Made by a program: the position numbers and the translations under genes. DNA of 64,000 nucleotides from the IMG/VR virus record IMGVR_UViG_3300023170_004399, positions 32,001 to 96,000 of that record; one strand, written 5' to 3'. This DNA comes from a virus (Duplodnaviria > Caudoviricetes). The notes under the pieces are model-generated. The model did not search any database, had not been told where the DNA came from, and worked only from the letters and a program-made list of their open reading frames with translations. This document shows positions 58,888 to 64,000 of this stretch, piece after piece; the stretch's first letter is position 1; each line of letters begins with the position of its first letter.

Positions 58888-59865
58888 ATGAAGAAAACAG
58901 CGTTAGTAACCGGTGTCACTGGTCAAGATGGCTCTTATTTAGTAGAATTTTTACTCGAAAAGGGTTATAGAGTTATTGGTATTAAAAGAAGGACTAGTCT
59001 TATAGCAACGGGGAGAATAGACCACTTATTATCAAATGACAATTTTATTTTAAAATATGGTTCAATGCATGACTCCGGATGGATGTACGAAGTTATTTCA
59101 AAATATAAACCGCAAGAAATATATAATTTAGCAGCACAAAGTCATGTACGCGTAAGTTTTGATTGTTCTATTGAAACTGTTGATATTGTTGCGACAGGGA
59201 CTTTGCGTTTATTAGAAGCTTGTCGATTATTATGCCCGGAAGTAAAATTTTATCAAGCTTCATCTTCTGAAATGTTTGGTGACAACCCTGTCAACCCACA
59301 GAGTGAAACTACAAAGCTGCAGCCAGCATCACCATATGCATGCGCTAAAGTTTTTTCACACAATCTTATGCATAATTATCGGCAAAGTTATAATATGTTT
59401 TGCTGCTCAGGCATACTTTTTAATCATGAATCTCCCAGAAGAGGGGAAACTTTTGTTACTAGAAAAATTACAAGAGCTGCAGCTAGAATTAAACTAGGTT
59501 TGCAAGATAAATTATATTTAGGCAATCTAGAAGCCAAACGTGACTGGGGGCATTCAAAAGATTATGTTGAAGCAATGTGGTTGATGTTACAACAGAAAGT
59601 GCCTGATGATTTTGTCATAGCGACGGGAAAGACTTACTCTGTAGCAGAGTTTTTAAAGACAGTTTTTGATTATGCTGGATTAAGTATTGAAAAACATGTT
59701 GAGTTTGATAAAAGGCTGCTAAGACCTCATGAGGTGCCTTTGTTGTTAGGGGATCCAAGTAAAGCTAAAAAAGTTTTAGGGTGGAAACCTAAATATGACA
59801 TGCATAGTTTAGCAAAAGAAATGTATGATTCTGATTACATATATTTTAAAAACTTTTTAACATAA
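58888..59865 (+). CDS. gmd: GDP-mannose 4,6-dehydratase
   Basis: TGVTGQDGSYL, YNLAAQSHV, QASSSE, SPYACAK, ILFNHESPRRGETFVTRKI and RDWGH. Confidence 0.97.
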   Translation: MKKTALVTGVTGQDGSYLVEFLLEKGYRVIGIKRRTSLIATGRIDHLLSNDNFILKYGSMHDSGWMYEVISKYKPQEIYNLAAQSHVRVSFDCSIETVDIVATGTLRLLEACRLLCPEVKFYQASSSEMFGDNPVNPQSETTKLQPASPYACAKVFSHNLMHNYRQSYNMFCCSGILFNHESPRRGETFVTRKITRAAARIKLGLQDKLYLGNLEAKRDWGHSKDYVEAMWLMLQQKVPDDFVIATGKTYSVAEFLKTVFDYAGLSIEKHVEFDKRLLRPHEVPLLLGDPSKAKKVLGWKPKYDMHSLAKEMYDSDYIYFKNFLT

Positions 59866-59919
59866 AAACACAAAACTGTTGGTATATTATCTTATATATT
59901 TAAAATAGGATTAATTATT

Positions 59920-60771
59920 ATGATGTTACCAACTGGAAAAGCACACATATCGTTTAGTGAAATTAAGCTATGGGCAGAATGTTCTTATAGGCATAAGTTG
60001 ACATATGTTGATAAGTTAGATGCGTATCAAGATAACCAATATGCTGATTTTGGAACAATATGCCACAACCATATTGAGATATTTTTAAAATCAAAAAAAC
60101 CAATATCAGAAGATCAAGTAATTATTGATTTTAAAAACATGTGGAAAGAAAGAAGGTACGATAGTGATGAGTTTATTTTAGAAAAAAAGGAAAGCGATAA
60201 GAAATACAAACATGTTTATTTAGAAACCTGGGTTAAATATGCATTGCAAATATTAAGTGAATTCCCGGAGTGGATGAATAGCACGTTTCCCGATTATCAA
60301 GTTTTATCAGTCGAAGAATTGCTGATGGAAGACATAGAAGGTCATGATCAAAAATTTAAAGGCTTTATTGATTGTATAATAAAAGTGCCAAAGAAAAATG
60401 ATAAATATTTATATTACATTATTGATTGGAAAACGACAGGCCCTGGAGGCTGGTTTTATCTCAAAAAAAGGGATTTTAACAGTTTAGCACAAATTGGTAT
60501 GTATAAGCTGTTTTGGTCAAAAAAATATGAAGACATCAATGTCAAAGATATAAGAACCGCTTTTGTATTTCTAAAAAGAGGTGCAAAACCTGGGAAGTGT
60601 ATAGATATATTTACAGTGTCAACTGGGCCGAAGTTTTTAGAAAAATCTAGTAAACTAATTAACACAATGCTTTATAATGTTAAGAAAGGTGTTGCATTGC
60701 GAAATTATAGCAATTGCAAATTTTGTCCATTTAAAAATACGGAGCATTGCAGTGGTGGAGAATACACGTAA
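59920..60771 (+). CDS. PD-(D/E)xK Cas4/RecB-like exonuclease
   Basis: ISFSEI..ECSYR, FGTICH, FKGFIDCI, IIDWKT, Q..MY and C-terminal CKFCPF..C. Confidence 0.85.
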   Translation: MMLPTGKAHISFSEIKLWAECSYRHKLTYVDKLDAYQDNQYADFGTICHNHIEIFLKSKKPISEDQVIIDFKNMWKERRYDSDEFILEKKESDKKYKHVYLETWVKYALQILSEFPEWMNSTFPDYQVLSVEELLMEDIEGHDQKFKGFIDCIIKVPKKNDKYLYYIIDWKTTGPGGWFYLKKRDFNSLAQIGMYKLFWSKKYEDINVKDIRTAFVFLKRGAKPGKCIDIFTVSTGPKFLEKSSKLINTMLYNVKKGVALRNYSNCKFCPFKNTEHCSGGEYT

Positions 60772-62008
60772 AAAAAAGATAGTAGTTTTATCAGATCACG
60801 CGCTATCTACTAGTGGCGTAGGTACGCAGACTAGACACTTAATACATGGTTTGTTAGAAAAAGGCACGTGGTCTTTTAGGCAGTTAGGTGCAGCTATGAA
60901 ACATGCATCATATGACGTTATTACAGTAAATGATGATTTTATTATTAAACCAGTTGATGGATTTGGCACTAAAGAACAAATACGATTAATATTAGCTACA
61001 GAGAAACCTGACGGTATTTTAATATTTACTGACCCAAGATTTTTCGTTTGGTTTTTCGAAATAGAAGATGAAGTAAGACAAGTTTGTCCAATATTTTATT
61101 GGCACGTATGGGATAATGCACCATATCCGGCTTTTAATAATCCTTATTATGATTCATGTGATCTGATTAATTGTCATAGTTACCACACCTTCGAACAAGT
61201 TTCCGAAAAATACCCAGAAAAGACTAATTTTGTGCCGCACGCTTTGCCAAACGATATTTTTTATGAAATACCAGAAGAAGAAAAAAATGCAATGAAAAAG
61301 CAGTTTTTTGGCGACTCCGGGGAAGATTTGTTTATTGGTTTCTGGATGAATAGAAATGCAAAAAGAAAGAGGCCAGGCGACTTATTGCTAGCATGGTCTA
61401 TGTTTATAAAAACGTTAGAGAAAAATCACGGACACAAAAAAGCTAAACTAATAATGCACACTGATCCTAGAGATAATGAAGGGCCTAATTTAATTGCAAT
61501 AGTAGATATGTTAGGAATAAGAGATAATGTTTTATTTTCTAATCAGAGAGTTGGATTTAAAGAAATAAATATATTGCATAATATTGCTGATTTTACTATC
61601 AACATATCTTTTGCAGAAGGGTTTGGTCTTTCAACACTAGAAGCTATGCAAACGGGGACACCTATTATTGCTCCTAAGACTGGCGGTCAAACACGACAAG
61701 TAGTTGATCACCGTGATGGCAGCGAAAATGGTTTTGCTTTGCCTATTGAATTTAAAACTTTAGTTGGCTCACAAAATGTGCCTTACATTTATGAAGATTA
61801 CACTAGCATAGAAACTATTGCAGAAAAAATTACTGCTATGTATGAGTTAGGAAAAGAAGGTCGAAAAGCTTTAGGTGAAAAAGCAAAAAAATATGTCGAA
61901 AGTGAGTTTAACTATCAAAAAACAATAGACTTGTGGCATGATACAATGAATGAAACAATAGAGAAGTTTCAAAAAAACACTAGAAGATTTACTTGGAGTA
62001 GTTTATAA
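60752..62008 (+). CDS. GT4 family glycosyltransferase
   Basis: SGVGTQTR, NRNAKRKR and AEGFGLSTLEAMQTGTPII; probable GTG start at 60752 or 60755 after GGAG. Confidence 0.85.
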   Translation: MVENTRKKKIVVLSDHALSTSGVGTQTRHLIHGLLEKGTWSFRQLGAAMKHASYDVITVNDDFIIKPVDGFGTKEQIRLILATEKPDGILIFTDPRFFVWFFEIEDEVRQVCPIFYWHVWDNAPYPAFNNPYYDSCDLINCHSYHTFEQVSEKYPEKTNFVPHALPNDIFYEIPEEEKNAMKKQFFGDSGEDLFIGFWMNRNAKRKRPGDLLLAWSMFIKTLEKNHGHKKAKLIMHTDPRDNEGPNLIAIVDMLGIRDNVLFSNQRVGFKEINILHNIADFTINISFAEGFGLSTLEAMQTGTPIIAPKTGGQTRQVVDHRDGSENGFALPIEFKTLVGSQNVPYIYEDYTSIETIAEKITAMYELGKEGRKALGEKAKKYVESEFNYQKTIDLWHDTMNETIEKFQKNTRRFTWSSL

Positions 62009-63183
62009 TGAAAACAATGCTTATAAGAGGTCCACTTTTAAGTCAAAGTGGTTATGGCGTACACTCAAGACAAATATTTAAATGGGCACTAGAAAACACT
62101 GATTATCAAATATTTGTGCAGGTGTTACCTTGGGGGATTACACCATGGTATACAAATAGTGATGCATGTGATGGGCTAATTGGTGAAATATTTAAACGGA
62201 CGGCACCAATTAATACTAAGTGTGATGTTTCAATGCAAATACAACTTCCTAATGAGTGGGATACTAGTTTAGCAAAAACAAATATTGGTGTCACTGCAGT
62301 TGTAGAAACTGACATATGTAGCAAAGAATGGGTAAACGCTTGCAACAATATGAGTGCTGTAGTTGTGCCTTCTAAATTTTGTAAACAGACTTTGCTAAAT
62401 TCAGGTCACAGTGGCAAAAATCTTTTTGTAATTAGCGAGTCTTTTATTGATGAATGCAATTTGCCTATTAGAGAAAGTTACCCTTTTAGGACCAGCGTAA
62501 ATTTTCTTCTGTTCGGCCAAATAACAGATATGAACGTTGAAACAGATAGAAAAAATACCTTCAATGCTATTAAATGGTTTTGTGAGACATTTGAAGAAAC
62601 TGTTGGTGATGATGTACATCCGGATGATGTTGGATTAGTTATCAAAACTAATTGTGGTACAAATAGTAAAATCGATTACAATTTAACAAAAAGGCAATTA
62701 GAAGCATATATAAAAAATGTGCGCAAAGGTAATTATCCAAAAATATATTTATTACATGGTCATATGACGAATGAAGAAGTTGTTGGTTTATACAAACACC
62801 CAAAACTTTTAGCTTTGTTAGCGCCAACTCGTGGTGAAGGATTTGGTTTGCCAATTTTAGAAGCAGCAGCATGTGATTTACCGGTAATAGCAACAAATTG
62901 GTCCGGACATTTAGACTTTTTAGGTGATGATCATTGGCTCAAAGTAGAAAAAAGAACGGTGATGGTGCCACCCGGGAAAATAGATGGTCGTATCTTTGTA
63001 GAAAATAGCAAATGGGCTGAGCCATTAGAGTTCAGTTACAAGCAAAAACTAAGATATGCAGCTATGAATATGGTAGAAGTTAAATCTGAAGCAAAAAAAC
63101 TAGGTAAAAAAGTAAGATCAAAGTTTAGTCACAAAGTCATTGTTAAAGATTACAATAAGTTATTTAGGCGTTTGAAATGTTAG
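62008..63183 (+). CDS. GT4 family glycosyltransferase
   Basis: SGYGVHSR, RKNT and RGEGFGLPILEAAACDLPVIATNWSGH. Confidence 0.85.
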   Translation: MKTMLIRGPLLSQSGYGVHSRQIFKWALENTDYQIFVQVLPWGITPWYTNSDACDGLIGEIFKRTAPINTKCDVSMQIQLPNEWDTSLAKTNIGVTAVVETDICSKEWVNACNNMSAVVVPSKFCKQTLLNSGHSGKNLFVISESFIDECNLPIRESYPFRTSVNFLLFGQITDMNVETDRKNTFNAIKWFCETFEETVGDDVHPDDVGLVIKTNCGTNSKIDYNLTKRQLEAYIKNVRKGNYPKIYLLHGHMTNEEVVGLYKHPKLLALLAPTRGEGFGLPILEAAACDLPVIATNWSGHLDFLGDDHWLKVEKRTVMVPPGKIDGRIFVENSKWAEPLEFSYKQKLRYAAMNMVEVKSEAKKLGKKVRSKFSHKVIVKDYNKLFRRLKC

Positions 63184-63476
63184 AAATATTAATTTGTTTA
63201 GGTTTAGTTTTATTTATAGTATGTTGCGTTTCACTATACTATAATTACAAATTTGCTATGGCATTATTAAAAATTGAAGATTCTTTGACGGAATGTCTGG
63301 ATATATTAGATGAACGTTACGCTAGCGTTGCAAAAATATTAGAGACACCACTGTTTTATGATTCACCGCAAATAAGACAAGTTGTTATAGATATGCAAAA
63401 GTGTCAAGAGAGTATTTTAATGGTAGCAAACGTTATATCAAAGGTAGAAAATGTAAATGAAGAAGAGAGTAATTAA
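63177..63476 (+). CDS. Small membrane-anchored hypothetical protein
   Basis: N-terminal hydrophobic helix followed by a coiled segment. Confidence 0.6.
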   Translation: MLEILICLGLVLFIVCCVSLYYNYKFAMALLKIEDSLTECLDILDERYASVAKILETPLFYDSPQIRQVVIDMQKCQESILMVANVISKVENVNEEESN

Positions 63477-64000
63477 AAGAAAGCCTTCCGGAAAAAAACC
63501 ATATTTTACGAAGGAAACACAAGCTAATATTAAACTTTTTATTGAATCAGAAGATTTTGATGAAAGAGAAAAGATATATAGAGAAAAAATAAAACCAGCA
63601 TTAGAAACTTTAGTTGAAAATTTAATATTTGTATATGGGTTTCATAAGCAACACGCAGACATACAAGCTTTAAAACATAATTGTGTTATAAATTTATTTG
63701 AATCTTTGCATAAATTTGATCACGATAGAAATAAAAATGCATTTTCTTATTTTAATGTTGTTGCAAAAAACTGGTTAATTATATACAGTCGAAAAGTTAA
63801 TAAAATAAAAAGAAAGACAGTTTATTTAGCAGATCAAGCTAGCTTCTCGGCTGGTGATATGTTGACTCTTTCGGAGTATCACAAAGCTGGTCCAGCAATG
63901 CTCCCAATTGAAAAAGAAGAAAAACAACAAGCTTTAATGGATATGTTAGGTTATCTTAAAACACAGTGTAAGTCTGATAATGAAAATCGATGCATGGATG
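63457..64000 (+). CDS. Phage sigma factor (sigma region-2, gp55-like late sigma), 3'-truncated; not in the ORF track
   Basis: Read manually from ATG 63457: MKKRVIKRKPSGKKPYFT...LHKFDHDRNKNAFSYFNVVAKNWLI, the region 2.3/2.4 pattern; open to the window end. Confidence 0.7.
   Translation, partial: MKKRVIKRKPSGKKPYFTKETQANIKLFIESEDFDEREKIYREKIKPALETLVENLIFVYGFHKQHADIQALKHNCVINLFESLHKFDHDRNKNAFSYFNVVAKNWLIIYSRKVNKIKRKTVYLADQASFSAGDMLTLSEYHKAGPAMLPIEKEEKQQALMDMLGYLKTQCKSDNENRCMD

Noticed and set aside
2341-59070. Other GGTTCRA T-loop-like strings (for example near 2359, 29693, 51762 and the reverse strand near 56101)
   Set aside because: No T-stem or acceptor pairing, unlike 12736-12807.
59920-60771. 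Cas4-like gene as evidence of a CRISPR-Cas system
   Set aside because: No repeat-spacer array and no cas1/cas2 in the window; solo Cas4/RecB nucleases are common in phages.
600-62896. Numerous 60-145 aa ORFs in the track that lie antisense or out of frame within long genes (for example 600-1034, 16602-16862, 42119-42556)
   Set aside because: They are shadows of well-supported genes, with no SD, motif or operon logic.

Overview
AT-rich, gene-dense 64 kb fragment with almost all genes on the + strand. It is best read as part of a large (jumbo/huge) tailed dsDNA phage: tail-fibre-like proteins, a gp55-like late sigma factor at the right edge, PhoH, a MoxR/VWA pair, a DinG-like helicase and a Cas4/RecB-like nuclease are present, while cellular housekeeping genes, CRISPR arrays and transposases are not. 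Left to right: a truncated metallophosphoesterase; two tandem ~1600-aa paralogues sharing only an N-terminal ~290-aa domain; a possible ADP-ribosyltransferase; a GT10; an ORF whose 3' end overlaps a complete tRNA cloverleaf with a non-canonical anticodon loop (12736-12807); myxobacterial-style lipoproteins, a matrixin and a thioredoxin; a minus-strand fibre plus PA14 lectin; HSP20; a probable early block with repeated YTGCAA-N17-TATATT promoters (MoxR ATPase, VWA/DUF2201); a trypsin-like protease; a eukaryote-type phosphomannomutase; helicase, cytidylyltransferase, cupin and Nudix; an intact yeaH-spoVR-yeaG/prkA module; a ligase-fold protein behind a 14-bp hairpin; a degenerate GroEL; an Hc1-like histone; a stand-alone sigma region-4 protein; PIN-PhoH; an internally triplicated fibre; and a ~19 kb glycan cluster (about ten glycosyltransferases, carbamoyltransferase, Gmd, Fcl/ColC, His-type ColD, SIS/HAD/CMP-transferase-cupin/SDR). 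All family calls come from motifs read by eye; no database searches were run.
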